A DNA stretch of 49,753 nucleotides, counting the filler, from Jimgerdemannia flammicorona (Eukaryota), in the NCBI GenBank assembly GCA_003990765.1. It is 2 parts of 2 records of this genome, joined end to end, with 100 filler letters (N's around TTAATTAATTAA, not from the genome) between each part and the next. Parts side by side here need not be neighbours in the genome. Positions count along the whole stretch, not along the records: positions 1 to 24,827 come from RBNJ01000918.1; positions 24,928 to 49,753 come from RBNJ01000919.1. One strand, given 5' to 3'. Below the pieces are notes generated by a model. That model had not been told where the DNA came from and did not search any database. It saw only the letters and a list, made by a program, of their open reading frames with translations. Numbering within the stretch: the first letter of the stretch is position 1; every line of letters begins with the position of its first letter. The translations under genes and the position numbers were made by a program. Below, piece after piece: positions 21,635 to 34,613 of the stretch.

Positions 21635-23890
21635 TATATATATCATAAAAGATAAATAATGGTGTTTAGTTGCCTCTTTATTAGTATCAGTTCTACTTTT
21701 TCACAATTTCTGATACCTTTGATTATATAAGAAATATACTTGTTTTTGTTTAGTACTCTCTTTCTTTTGTTATCATCAATAAGATATTATTTGATATATT
21801 ATACACCATATATAGAGTTGGCTAACCTTGGGTATTAAATGCTAGTATAAGTTACCTACAGATCATGAGTCTCTATAGTAGAGCTCTCTAAGCTTTAGAA
21901 AGCTTTCTGGTGAGTATAGTTATAATATAGATAACTGTTTTTTAGGTAGAGTTAGAATGAGAGAGAAGATAACTATTACAGATAAGTAGAAAGATAATAA
22001 TAGTGGACCAGTAGAGTATTAGACTGAGGGGCAATCATTATAGTTAGAGTAGATATTATCTCAGTAAGATCTTTGAATTAACTAATAGAAGGTGAGATAG
22101 TGCAGAAGTCAGTATCTTGACTATACTCACTAAAACTAAGAGCTGACAAAGTAATACAATTAAGGTCTATAGACTTGTAGAGTGGGACCTACTTTATTTA
22201 GTAGTATCTAACTAGAACTGAAAACTGACTTAGTAACATAATTGAGGTCTGTAGGTTCAAAAGTCCTTTTGAGAGAGTTCTATATATAACTCCTTTACTT
22301 ACTAACTCTAAATCTATGCTATTTTCTATTAACTAGTTGGTGGATTTTTTGTTATTTTGAGTCTTAATTCAGATTTTGGGGAACTATTTCTTATTAGGTC
22401 TCAGTATTATTAAATCAGATATATAGGTGTGCTCTTGTATATAGTCATGATAATCTAATCCTGATAAATAGACAAGTCTAGTTTATTTAGTGAGAGTACT
22501 ATATCTAATATATATAGTGAGAATAGTAGAACTATAGATGTCACCCCTTTCTCCACTATCTTACTGATCACAAGGTTTGGTAAGTGATCTTCCAAGTCCC
22601 CTTTCCTCTATTATTATCTCCTCTACCTCGGATTGGTTTGCTGTGTCTACATAGATATGATGAGAGAAGGGTAATGGTGATGAGTTGCCTCTTTATTGGT
22701 ATCTGATCAGTGTCTTCACTACTTTTTCATAGTTTCTAGTACCTTCAGCTATATCTGGAATATATCTGTTTTAGTGTGGCACCTTCTTTCTTTTGCTGTT
22801 ATCAATAAGGTACTATCTCGGTATATCTTGGGCTATATAGGGAGTCAGCTGACCTTGGGCATCAAGTGCTCAGTATAGGTTACCTATAGGTCCTCGGTAC
22901 TTGTGGTGGGGCCCTCTGGCTTTGGCAAGCTTCTCAGTATACATAGTTCTAGTATAGGTGACTGCTTTTCAGATATTGTTGGGATGGGAGGGGAGATGGC
23001 CATTACAGATAGGAGGAAGAGCAATAATGGTGGACCAGTAGGGTACTAGACTGGGGGTGGCTGTCAGGACTAGAGTAGGTGCTGCTTCGGTGGGGTCTTT
23101 TGATTGATGCAGTGCAGTTAGGTAGTAGGTATTACTCTCAGCTTCTTTTAGCAGTTAGGTGGATTAGGCCCCAGTCATCAAGAGGGATCGGGAGGCCCAA
23201 GGCTACCTATTTCAGGCATCTTGACTATACTTAACTAGAACTGGGAGCTGATATGGCAATATGATTAAGGCTTGCAGGCTTGAGTAGTGGGGTATTGGGG
23301 GTTTTCTCCCACCTTACATATAAGTTCTTTACTTATCTTGACTAGGAGAACCAGGCCCTACCCACTGTATTATACTTTGATGAGGGTTTTTTTTCTGTCT
23401 GTCATTCTCTTTAAAGTAGCAGAGACTATTCTATTTGGCTCGTGTATGGCCTTGTATATATGTTGGGTTCTTGGGCATGTACTTTCAGTCATTGGTATAT
23501 GGCTGGGTTTCCCCTGATAGTAGAGAGAGTATGGTATACAGAATGAGATATGGATCTCTATCAGCCCTGCTGTGCCTGGCTTGGTTGAGCTACTGGACAA
23601 TAGCTAGCCTAGATTAATAGAGGGGCATTGCTTGGTTGGTGGTAGAAGAGAGTTTTGGCACATACAGTCTAGGTTCCCTTCTAATAAAAATCTATGGGAC
23701 ATTGAGTCTATTAAAAAAAAAAAAAAAAAAAAAAATCATAGAACTATAGAACAATTTGATAGCCTAGATTAATGACAAGGTAATGTCTAGTGGGTAATAG
23801 AGGAGAGATTTGGCCTATATAGTCTAGGTTTTCTTCTAATAAAATCTATGAAACTCTGAGTCTATATATAAAATAAAAAAAACAAAAAAC
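21631..23890 (+). mobile_element. Old, 5'-truncated, hypermutated copy (C) of the 1.2-kb retroposon, split by copy B
   Basis: 21631-22538 aligns to copies A and B with mostly G>A and C>T changes; the 3' end resumes at about 23739 with AATAAA and an A-rich tail to 23890. Confidence 0.75.
22539..23735 (+). mobile_element. 1.2-kb retroposon copy B, with A23 tail and TSD
   Basis: Poly(A) at 23713-23735; direct repeat TAGAACTATAGA at 22527-22538 and 23739-23750; colinear with copy A. Confidence 0.85.
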
Positions 23891-24827
23891 ATTCCTCATC
23901 TATGAGTAGATTATATATATTGTATTTTGATGTTTTGAATATTATAGATATTTCAGAATACTTTCTAACTTCTGAAAATTCCTTAGATATATAATTTTAT
24001 ATTAGTTTTTTGAGTTATATATAATTTTATTTTATATATATATATTATATTATATTTTACTCTTATATTCTTTTTTTCTGGTTATATATCTCATTCAGCA
24101 AAAGTGTTAGATTGGCAACTCAATATATCAGTATATGACTTATATCATTTTATCAGTTTTATATCATTTATCAATAATGTATGAAATATGTGATTAAATT
24201 AATTTTAACAAAATCATCTCTCTTTATAATTATAATAACTTTGTCTAATATATATACTTCTTTATTATTCAATATATATATCTAACTCTTATAAATAATG
24301 TTATTAATATCTTATTGATATAAAATTTTAAAAAATTAATTATTATACAAAATGAATGTTATAAATAATTCAATTGGAGTCAAATTCAATTTAATTAAAT
24401 TTAGAGGTTTCATTGCAAAGAGGTTTACTTTGACAGAGTTACTATTAAGAGATGTTTATTCCTTACTTCAAAGACATTCTAGGGGGACGGGGATTTCTTT
24501 TCTTGTTTTACTTCCAAGTTTCCAGAAACGTTCCCCAATCATAATGGGAGCTTCTGCAAAATTCCACGACGTAAATAATCTTTTACAACCATAATCAATA
24601 GGATTCCTCAGTCATCGTTTCGTCATACAACCCGCCCTGTGCTAATTCAGATTTTAATGAATAAAATATAAGAGCCTTTCGAATCGACTAAAATACACTA
24701 CAACGCGATGAGAAATAATCTGTAAACTGCAAACGGATAAACGATGTTTGACAAATCACACGCTCCAAATACACCCAACATCCGTCCGGCGCTGACGCGA
24801 TCTCACGATCTCCTCGTCTTCGTTTCA

Positions 24828-24927
24828 NNNNNNNNNNNNNNNNNNNNNNNNNNNNNNNNNNNNNNNNNNNNTTAATTAATTAANNNNNNNNNNNNNNNNN
24901 NNNNNNNNNNNNNNNNNNNNNNNNNNN
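24828..24927. other. Artificial scaffold or contig-joining spacer
   Basis: Exactly 44 N + TTAATTAATTAA (stop codons in all six frames) + 44 N = 100 bp. Confidence 0.95.
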
Positions 24928-25031
24928 AGGTCCGCATCCAGACCCCGAAGCCAACCAAAGATGTACTTCCTCCTAGCCGCCCCCCGTAACCCATTAACGT
25001 TCAATGAGAATATCCTAGTTGTACTGTTCAT
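24928..25031 (-). CDS. N-terminus of L1-type ORF2 (APE endonuclease)
   Basis: MNSTTRIFSLNVNGLRGAARRKYIFGWLRGLDAD, the typical L1 APE motif I (S.NV.GL). Confidence 0.85.
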
Positions 25032-25062
25032 ATTGAATAGATATTGTAGAAGAGACCCCAAC

Positions 25063-26910
25063 CTATAATTCCATGCTCATCTCATCCCTCACCAAGTCCA
25101 AGAGCCGCTCAGCCTCCACTTCCCCCTCCTCAATATCCCAAGCATCCAGTGCCCCCAAGATCTCCTGACACTCCACCCTGTCCACCTCCTCTATATCTGC
25201 CCTATAATCCAAGCAGACTGCACACCACTTCTCCAGTCCCTTCCTTGAGTTCCACAAGACAAGTGCCCTCTCACTCGCAATCTGTCTAAGCTCCTCCTCA
25301 CGCCGATCATCAACCTGATATTCAACTGACTCCAAGAGGACCACCAGGATCTCGTTCCTCATCTTCCTCGGCACCTCTTCCCCACAGAGAATCTCCTCCC
25401 AATGCCTCTCCTCCATCACCCTGAAGTTCTCACCCCCCAGCTCTTCAGCCGCTACCCCTTCCAGGGTCTTCCACATCCACTTCTCCTCATCGACTGCCTC
25501 CACCGCCCCTTGAGCAATCCGTCCCCCATCCACCTCGGGGTCCACCAGTGCGCTCCTCCTTACTGACTCATCCCACTCCTCATCTGGCACATCCATCAGC
25601 TCCTCCTCGCCTCCTGCCTCATTCAGTACACTATACTGAGGGCACCCACCATCCCCCATTTCGGCATCCACCTCCAGGTTAACCTCCCTCTCCTCCCTGC
25701 CTCCAATCGGAGCCCCGCCCTGGGCCAACTCTCCTCCTTCTGCCCAGGCACTCTCCTGCAACCCCGCAGCCCCCTCCCTGGAGCTTCCACCATCCCTACC
25801 CCTGTCCAACTTTGCTAACAACTCCTTCTGAATCCTCCTCCCCTGCATCTTCTCCCAGGCCCCCTTCTCTATCTGAACCCTCTTCCCATCCACCTCTCCC
25901 ACCACCATCCTGGCCTCGAACTCCTTCCAGGCCAATCTCCTCCTTGCGACAGCCCCTTCCAGGTCCTCCAGAGCTTCCAGCAGGTCCTCCTCCTCCTCCT
26001 GAGTCCCCTTCACCCTAGCGACCTTACACTCCACCAGTCCCCACCTCAGCACTGCTGGCCAGTCCCTCGACTTCCCCGTATTCTCCTTTCCAGCCAGTCT
26101 CACCCTGACATCGACATCTCCAGTTCTAAGCTCCGTGCCCTCCCAGACCTTGAACCCCACGTCCACAATCTTGCCATACTCCTTTATCGCCTCTACAACC
26201 AACTCCCTGGTCCTTTCCTTCAACACCGTAGGGAGGTCCAACACCGTCAACTGCATCACCTGGGGGTCCCAGCGTATACACCGAGCCATAGGGACCACAA
26301 CCCCGCCAACCATCACCCCCTTCTCCATGGCTGCCAACAAGGTATCTTTCTCCTCGAATCCCACCTCAACCCCTTCCTTTCCCCTCAAAAACTTCACCGA
26401 TGCTGCTCCCCTAGCCTCCTGCGCCACCAGCCCCAAAATCATTCTCGCTGTCACTGCCAAGCCCTGGAAGCACATTGTGACCGCGAATTCGGACCTCGAC
26501 TTCTTGAGTAATGGGGCCGACACCATGCCCGTCACCCCATCTGCCAGGTCCCCAGGCCTTGTGTTCACTCCAAGTCCCGAATTGCCAAATGCCATCACAT
26601 CTGGATTTTTTGCCAGATCCCCAGTCACAGCCCCATCAACCGTCACATCTCCAGCCTCTACTCCGGCCTCTTCCCTACCACCAGAGGCACCCTGGAGTGC
26701 ACCCCCCTGACCCCCGGCAGTAGCCATCGACACCTTCCCCAGGCCTAGCCAACTATCCAGCCCTGAAGCCACCTTCCCCATCCTGACCTTGTCAGCAAAG
26801 GTCATCTGCTCTCCTCCTCTCTGCCTCAGACCTCCCCTCCCTCCGCCGCTGGGGCCCCGGCTAGCCATTGAGGCCCCCGGCATCCCCAAACCATCTCCCC
26901 TCCTCCCCAC
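25063..26910 (-). CDS. L1/Tx1-like ORF1 protein (about 615 aa; start uncertain)
   Basis: Long open frame directly upstream of the APE ORF; RRM-like segment LTVLDLP...IKEYGKIVDV...RTGDVDVRVRL; Gly-rich N-terminus and acidic C-terminus. Confidence 0.8.
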   Translation of the reverse strand: MGRRGDGLGMPGASMASRGPSGGGRGGLRQRGGEQMTFADKVRMGKVASGLDSWLGLGKVSMATAGGQGGALQGASGGREEAGVEAGDVTVDGAVTGDLAKNPDVMAFGNSGLGVNTRPGDLADGVTGMVSAPLLKKSRSEFAVTMCFQGLAVTARMILGLVAQEARGAASVKFLRGKEGVEVGFEEKDTLLAAMEKGVMVGGVVVPMARCIRWDPQVMQLTVLDLPTVLKERTRELVVEAIKEYGKIVDVGFKVWEGTELRTGDVDVRVRLAGKENTGKSRDWPAVLRWGLVECKVARVKGTQEEEEDLLEALEDLEGAVARRRLAWKEFEARMVVGEVDGKRVQIEKGAWEKMQGRRIQKELLAKLDRGRDGGSSREGAAGLQESAWAEGGELAQGGAPIGGREEREVNLEVDAEMGDGGCPQYSVLNEAGGEEELMDVPDEEWDESVRRSALVDPEVDGGRIAQGAVEAVDEEKWMWKTLEGVAAEELGGENFRVMEERHWEEILCGEEVPRKMRNEILVVLLESVEYQVDDRREEELRQIASERALVLWNSRKGLEKWCAVCLDYRADIEEVDRVECQEILGALDAWDIEEGEVEAERLLDLVRDEMSMEL

Positions 26911-27055
26911 CTGCTACCAGCCAAAGGTGCCGCCACCCCCCTGGCCAGTATGCTCACCAGATCGATCATTGCCGTCTATGTTGTTAGTCGTTGGACACCA
27001 AAAACATTGTAAAAAGTGTTGTCTGAGTCTTGTGTAACCTGAATGTTGTCAGAGA

Positions 27056-30000
27056 TCTGTACTATATCTTCCTCCTGTCCAACATTCAGATACTCCTTAT
27101 ACTCTAGAGCACCTCCTTCAACCAAATGTCCTGACTAGTAGTTTAGTATTATATTGTACTATAGTAATCTCCACCATACTACCTAGAGCTTAGGAGAAAG
27201 CCATCTTATTACCTTCTTATATTAGGGCCAGATACTATTCTAGTCTCACTCCTCACTGATCTCTACTCTCTGCCATATCTCTAGCCACAAATCTCTCCCA
27301 TACTCCCATAGATACTCCATACTATCATCTAGCTAAAAATCATCCACTAGGGTATCTCCTAACAATAGACAGTCCTATCTTTATATCTAGAGTCCTTATT
27401 TCTTCTCTCTCTCATCATCTCTCTATCTGAGACCAATATGGTGAGCACTATCTACTACTCCTCATTAGAATTCTCTATAGCACATCTTCTTACTCTCTTC
27501 AAGAGTCACTAGAGAGAGCAAATCACTAGTCATGTCCTGGAGGGAGTACTGAGCCTCTCACACCTACTAAATAAGAGGCACCCACTCTTGGCTCTGTAAT
27601 TCACTTACTCACTTTAGCCACCATGGTCTCAAGCAGTATAAGTACTTGGTGAAGTCTACCAGACCCAGCCCTCCCCTATCTACTGGTCTTGTCAATACCT
27701 CTCAGCCAATCTGGCTCCTCTACCCTGCCCAGATCTATGACCTTACTATCTTTATCAGCCTCTTGACCACCCATACTGAAAAGTTCAAGTGATACCCCAA
27801 ATACTACAGCTTAGACAATCAGTATATATTCAGCACTATTACTCTCTCTATCAGAGAGATATATATAACAGCCTCTCTATCTCAAGAGAATATTTTCCTA
27901 TATAAGTAGCTACTGCTCTCACCAACCACAATATAGTAGAGAACTATATACTAAAAAATAAATCCCCAGATAGTAGACTACTTCTCTAACTGGGATCACT
28001 ATTTCTATCACATCTCTACCAACTATTCCTTCTCCTAGGACTAAAGTCTTATACTTATGCCAATTGAGTCTGATATCTGAGCACTCCTTATACTACTTCA
28101 CTATATTCTTCAATACTACTATATCTTCTACAGAGCTCAGCCCAACTACCATATTATCAGCAAAGGTCCCAACTTTCAGTTTACTTCCAAAATATTCAAA
28201 CTCCTAACTCTGTACTATATTCTGTCTAACAGGAGCTCTAATGAGAGAGTATAGAGGATTGGTAACAGTGGGTCTTCTTGTGATACTCCTCAGTCCAGGA
28301 AGAAGGACTCTCCTCTATATCTGTTTACCATAATAGCTGCCTGACTCCCCTCTAACAGATAAATCAATAATCTCCTAAACCCTGGAAGGACCCCCATCTA
28401 CTTCAATATCTCCTTCAGCCATATATGTATACCAAACTCTGTCATAAGTCTTCTCTTGATCTGGAAAAACTAGTCAGCCATCAACCCTGGCTACATGAGT
28501 ACCCTCAATAATACTGTGAACCTACACTATTCTATTACAGATCAAATGATCTCTGATGAAGCCCCTCTGTTCAGCCCCCAATATCTGCTAAGCCACTCCT
28601 TGCAATCTGATCATTAAAATCTTCATCACTAACTTACAATTTATATCTAGAAGCATAATCAGCCTCTAGTTCTTCCAATTCTCCCTTCTTTCTTTGTTCT
28701 TATATAATAGATCTACAAGCCCCAGATACTGTCCCTCAATCCAGATCCCTGAGCCAATGATCTCATTATATATCTATACTATCTCTTTCAGCACAACCTC
28801 AACTCTAGCTATCTTTTTTCAAAAATCCCAAGACAACCCATCCTTCTCTAGAGCTGTCCTCATACTTGTTGTCACCAAAATCTGATATATCTCCTCTCCT
28901 TACACTGGAGCTCCAAGTTTGTCTAAACCTGCAGCCAGGTCTGGATGCCAATCCTCCAACTACCTTTTAATACTAGTAGTATCTTCACTACTCTCCTCTT
29001 CACTTCACAGTTGCTCTTAGTGAGACTACAGTATGCCCAAGATCTCTGGTATCCCAATTACTATTTCTCTTACCTCATCCAATACTCCTTTCTACTGCTG
29101 CCTCATCCTCCTAGCCTGTAGCAACTATGACAAAAACTTTGTAGACTACTTCCCCTCCTTTAGACTCTACTACTATAGTCTTATTGCCAACCTCTCTACC
29201 TATAGTTCCTTCTTCTGCCTAAGCAGTCTCTTTAGTTCTTCCACCTCTCACTGGATCCTTTGAATTCTCTAATATCCTTTCTCATAGTTAGCTAAAAATC
29301 TGGCCCACCTCTCCAGTAGTTGTTCCAACTACCTTAAAGCCAACCAAACTTGATACCTCTACTAAGTACCCCTCTCTCTCTCTACCTTACTTCAGTACTA
29401 CTGAGTATCAGATTTTAACTACCACCAACAATCCCTGATCTCCAACCCCTGTGCCCTTCAGTCAATAATCCTAGTACTAACCTCTACCACCTATTCTTCC
29501 CACAAGACATGATCTCTCAGTAGTGAGATATTCAGACACCAATGTCCAGGCCCCTCTCTCTCTCCCCCAAACCTCTCTCTACCTAGCAATTCTCAGTGAT
29601 CAGACTAAGGACACCAGACCATCTCAATCTCACTCCAGATATCTGTACCCCAACACTCAGCTATTAATACTCAGTTAATTCTTGATCCCAACCCTGCCAC
29701 CCAGTGAGTATAGACCTGATGATCTCTCTATCCAAGTTGCCCTATATCTACTAAAGAGCTCAGTCTCTCCAACTTCTCTCAATCTTCCATCTCTTTACTC
29801 CTACCTATTATCTCCTTCTCTCTATCAGTTCTGTCCATCCTTCTATTATGTATTATATTAAAGTTGCCTTCTAAATAGTTGATTTCTACAGCTTTTACCT
29901 TCCACAGACCTCTTATCCAATTCATACATTCCTCCTTTTCTGTCAGACAGTAGTATGACCTAACAGTTAGGGGGCTCCAGTCTAACCTCTTCCATACTCT

Positions 30001-32287
30001 TTACACTAATCTGCCCCCCCAATGTCTAATGTCCTCAATATCCCCCACCCCCTTTCTAATCAGAATGCTCATCTAATCCTACTATACTACTAAATCTCCC
30101 CATTCTCTCATTCAACCCAGTAAGTCTAAGTTTGTATCATATTTCACATTCTGTGGTAAGAAAAGATCTGCTTTCAACCCCTTCAACCAACTAAAGATAT
30201 TCTGATACCTTATTGCACCCCTCAGACTATTGACATTCAGAGAGAAGATTCTTGTTATACTGTTTATATTAAATAATGTTTGAAGAAAAAAGTGCCTACT
30301 CTATAATTCTATACTCATTCCTTTATCAGTAATATCCAGGTTCCTCTCTACCTCAATCTTATCTATCTCTTCCTACTGAGCATCCAGTACCACCAAGATC
30401 TCCTGGTAATCCATACCATCCACAGCTTCTATCTCTATCCTATACTCCTCATATACTACTTACTACTTTACCAGCCCTTTCCTAGGACTCTATATATAAG
30501 CAGTCTGATCATTTGAAATTACCAGAAGTACTGCCTCCCTGATATCATCTATTTGATATATCTCAGCTTCTAGTAAGGCTACCATTATCTCATCTCAGAG
30601 TTTCCTTGGCACCTCCTTACCTCATAGAATTTCAGCCCAGTATCTCTCACTTAGTATCCAAAAGTCCTCTCTCTCCAGCTCCTCAGCTGCTATATTCTCA
30701 AGTATTTTTCATAGCCATTTCTCCTCATCTACCACCTCCTCAACTCTTTAGGCCACCCTCTTTCCCCCCTCCATCTGCCCACCCTTGACATTTCTTTCTA
30801 CTAACTTGTCTCAATCCTTCTCTAGTATATTCTACAGTTTTTCCTCACTAGCAGCTCCATCTAGCATACTTACTGAGAGTATTCCTCCTTGACCATCTCC
30901 ACATCCTCTATGACAATACTCAATCCAGCACTACCTCTCTCTCTCTAGGTTGCCTCTGGAGCTGCTTCTTTCTCTCTAGCCCAAGTATTTGTCCTCAATT
31001 CAGTAGCTTCTATAGTAATTTCCCCTACTCCCCCCCCTCTCCCAACTTTGTCAATAGGTTCTTCTGAATACTCCTCTCCTGTACCCTTTTCTAGACCACC
31101 TGATCCAGTCTCACCTTCTTGCCATTTATAATCTCCACTACTGTCTTGGCCTCAAACTCCTTCCAGACCAGTCTCCTCCTTTTAACAGCCCTGGCCAGAT
31201 CCTCTAATATCTCTAATAAATTCTCCTTATCTTCTTGTGAATGACCCTTTCACTCTAGAGACTTTGTACTCTACTGGTCTCCATTTGAGTACCACTAGTC
31301 AGTCCTGTACTCTCTCTGTATTCTTCTTGCCCATCAGCTATACTCTGATATTCATATCTTCTGTCCTGAACTCTATACCTTCCCAGACCCTAAACTCAAT
31401 ATCCACAATATCTCTATACTCCTTGATGGCCTTCACAATCAGCTCTCTGGCCATCTCCTTTGATACTATGGAGATATTCAATACTCTCAACTACATTACT
31501 CAGAGATTCCAACATAGGTATCTGGTTATAGGGATCACTATCCCCCCTACTACCACCTTTTTCTCCATCACTTCCAGTAGTATATCCTCCTTCTTGAAAC
31601 TAATCTCCATCTCTTTCAGCCTCTTCAAAAACTTCACCAAGGCAGCCCTCTTCACCTCCTGGGCCAGGAGCCCTAGAATCATCTTTGCAGTTACTACCAA
31701 GCCTCAGAAGTACAGTATGATGGTGAATTCTGACCTTGACTTCTTGAGTAATAGTATCACCACCAGGTCTGTCACACTATCTATCAGATCCCCAGACCTC
31801 ATACCCACTCTCTATCCAGATCTGCCATTAACTATCACATCTGGATTTTTTTCCAGATTAGCAGTCTCCTTGCTATCAGTAGTCCCACTTTCTCCAGCCT
31901 TTACTCCCTCAGCCCTACTGCTCTTACTACTCTAGGCTACTCCCCCAGACCCATTATTCCTTGCCATCTCCTTGCCCTTTCTCAGTCAGTCCTTCAGTCT
32001 AGTCATCAGATGGCCTCTCTTTATCTTATCTGTAAAACTTGCTCTCCTGGTCCTCTGTTCCCCAATACTACCCCCTCTTCTTCCATATCCTCTAGCTAGT
32101 AGACTTTACATACTTCTCTCTAAGCCATAACTTCTCCCTACATACTACCAGTTGAATACACTAGAGCTATTCTGTCTAGCATATATCTTGGAATACTTAT
32201 CAATTACCATATTGCTAATATCTTTTCTCTAAAAAATAATGTTGTAAGTATTGCCAGAAGATTGTATAACCTGAATATTATCAGAGA
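27056..32287 (-). mobile_element. Heavily mutated related L1/Tx1-like LINE (ORF1 about 30300-32150; ORF2 APE-RT from about 30265 leftwards)
   Basis: ORF1 remnant aligns to the 615-aa ORF (TAKMILGLLAQE); RT relics GVSQEDPLLP (from QGDPLSP) near 28260-28295 and TFADN (from FADD) near 28152-28166. Confidence 0.85.
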
Positions 32288-32289
32288 AA

Positions 32290-33960
32290 GATGTCTTTTG
32301 AATTTTGAGTATCTTATTAGCTATAAAATAGAGCATAGCTCTTAGTGAGGATAGTCTGCTTTAAGACTTTTAGAAGAAAATAGTGGAAGTCTCAAGAATC
32401 TTAAGAGAGATAACAGTATTATACAATTTGGTCTTTATATTTAGAGAGTAGATTAGGGTTCAGAATCTTGGTCTAGTAGTACTACTATATAAAGATAAAG
32501 ACAAGAGAGAGAATTGAAAGAATTGAAGATTAATTATGCTTTTAGATATAGACAGAAAGTTGATCATAAAGGTGATTATTATAAGGTTATAGAAGGTGGC
32601 TCAATAGGTATTAGAAGTTGAGCAGAGAGACTTTGTTAGTAGTAAGCTGATTAAGAATAGGATAGTTTAGATTTATGATATAATTGAAGGAGTGAGAGCT
32701 AGTAGACTAAATGGATAGTTGGTCTTTTTGAAGGAGAAGATCTATAATCAGATATAGTATATCTGGCTGAAGAAGATATTAGAGAGAATTAATATCTCTT
32801 ACTAATTTTAGTTATTAATGATCAGTCTTTTAGAGAGTAGTTAAGCTATAATCTTATATAATAGATATTATAGTATCTTATTCTCATTGTGAAGAGGGGT
32901 CTCTCAAGAGGATCTGTTGTTTTCTATTATATATATATTGTTATTAAAGTTATTAATAGACAGAATTCACTATAAGATATTAGAGCTTTTAGTCTTAGAA
33001 GTTGTTTGAAAGATTGGACTCTTTGTAGATAATATAGTAGTTAAACTTAGTTTTGTAATAATATTAATAAGCTAAGAGCTATTATAGACTAGTATAAGAA
33101 GTGCTCTAGAGCTAAGCTCAACTGGTATAAGTGTGAGACAATGGTATTGGAGAATAATTTAGTAGGTAGAAATATTGTAGATACTATTATCTCTGCTAGA
33201 GAGATGATACAGTATCTGGATATATTTCTATTAGTATATAGATCAATCTTACTTAGAACTTAGTAGAAGAGAAAGATAGTAGAATGAAGAAAGGTTCTTT
33301 AGAGTTAAGGGGGGGTACTATATTTCTCTTACTAGGCAGATATCAATTCTTAATATCTACTAGTTGCCAAAGTTATAGTATCTGATATATTACTTAAACT
33401 TTTTAATATAGATAGTAAAGAGATTGTTGAAGATAGTTAAGAACTAGATTTAGATCAGGAGATAGAGTTAGATAAGTTAAGAAGTCTTGATTACTCTAAT
33501 AGATAGAGAAGGTTTAGATCTAGTAGACTTTCTGAAGAGATTATATTGTCTCAGAGCTTAGTAGTTGAAGAGAGCTATTGAGTTATAAAATAGAGAATAA
33601 GTATTATTAATACTGAAGATCTAAAAGATAAGATTCTTTTCTAGAAGTTTTTTAGATAATTTATTATCAAAAGTTGAACTGAGAAGTAATAGATACTTAT
33701 GATATAGAGAATTCTAGTGAAGGGTAGTAGAGGAGACTCACTATATTAGTCTATATTAGTAAGATAATAAGAGAAGAGGTATAATAGAAACTTGTAATAT
33801 AGAGATGAGATAGCCTTTTATTAGGTAATTTACTACTAATAGACTTTGATATTAGTATTAGTATAAAGTATCAAAAGGAGGTGAGACAGGATCTGTGGCC
33901 AATAGACTAATAGTTAGTAGATATTGATAAGATATAAGACTGGACTAGAATCAGATCTTG
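32290..33960 (+). mobile_element. Very degraded L1-type RT fragment in the opposite orientation
   Basis: Relics GVSQEDLLFLLLY (from QGDPLSPLLY) near 32896-32934, LFVDN (from FADD) near 33019-33033, and YLD (from YLG) near 33213; many TAG/TAA codons. Confidence 0.7.
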
Positions 33961-34613
33961 AAGTATTAATATATAAATAATTAAAATAAGAAATAATATT
34001 TATATTTAAAATAATTAAAATATAAAATTTAATAAATATTAGTTTAGTTTTAGAATATATTATAATATATAAGCTAAAAATAAATTTATATTTATAATAC
34101 TAATATTTATAATACTAATATTTAAGTTAATAAAATATTATTTCAAAATTTAAAAATTATAAACTACTATTAATAAAGTTATATCTATTAATATTTTTTA
34201 AAAAATATATTTTATATTTACTCTTCTAAGCTATTGATATATTCTTATGATATCCATAGTAAAAAAAAAAAAAAAAAGGTAAAACTATACTAAAGTTATA
34301 TAGTCTTTAAACCTTAAAAGTATAAAATCAAACTTAACTGTTATCTGCATAATTTTTTTATTGTCTCTATTAACAAACTGACCGAGCTTGCAATCCCTGA
34401 ATCTAAAAGGTATGCAGGAATTCAGCGCACTATATTTTCATATTCATCTGTTTAAACAATGGTATTGGCGAGATGCACCGAAAATGATGTAGGAATCCCA
34501 CATGACTCGATTTGTATATAAACCATTCCCACACCTCATTCTCGTTCAACAGTGATCATTCCCAACAGTACCCATTTCCAACCCCCCCATTCAAGCGATA
34601 CTTCCACAAAAAG

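Larger units (their letters stand above)
24928..27055 (-). mobile_element. L1/Tx1-like LINE, 5' portion (younger copy), cut off by the gap
   Basis: ORF1 followed by an APE start; the 5' end TCTCTGACAACATTCAGGTTACAC is shared with the older copy ending at 32287. Confidence 0.85.

Noticed and set aside
21633..21644. (TA)n microsatellite after the last telomeric tract
   Set aside because: It aligns to the retroposon sequence after G>A and C>T decay, so it is not an independent microsatellite.
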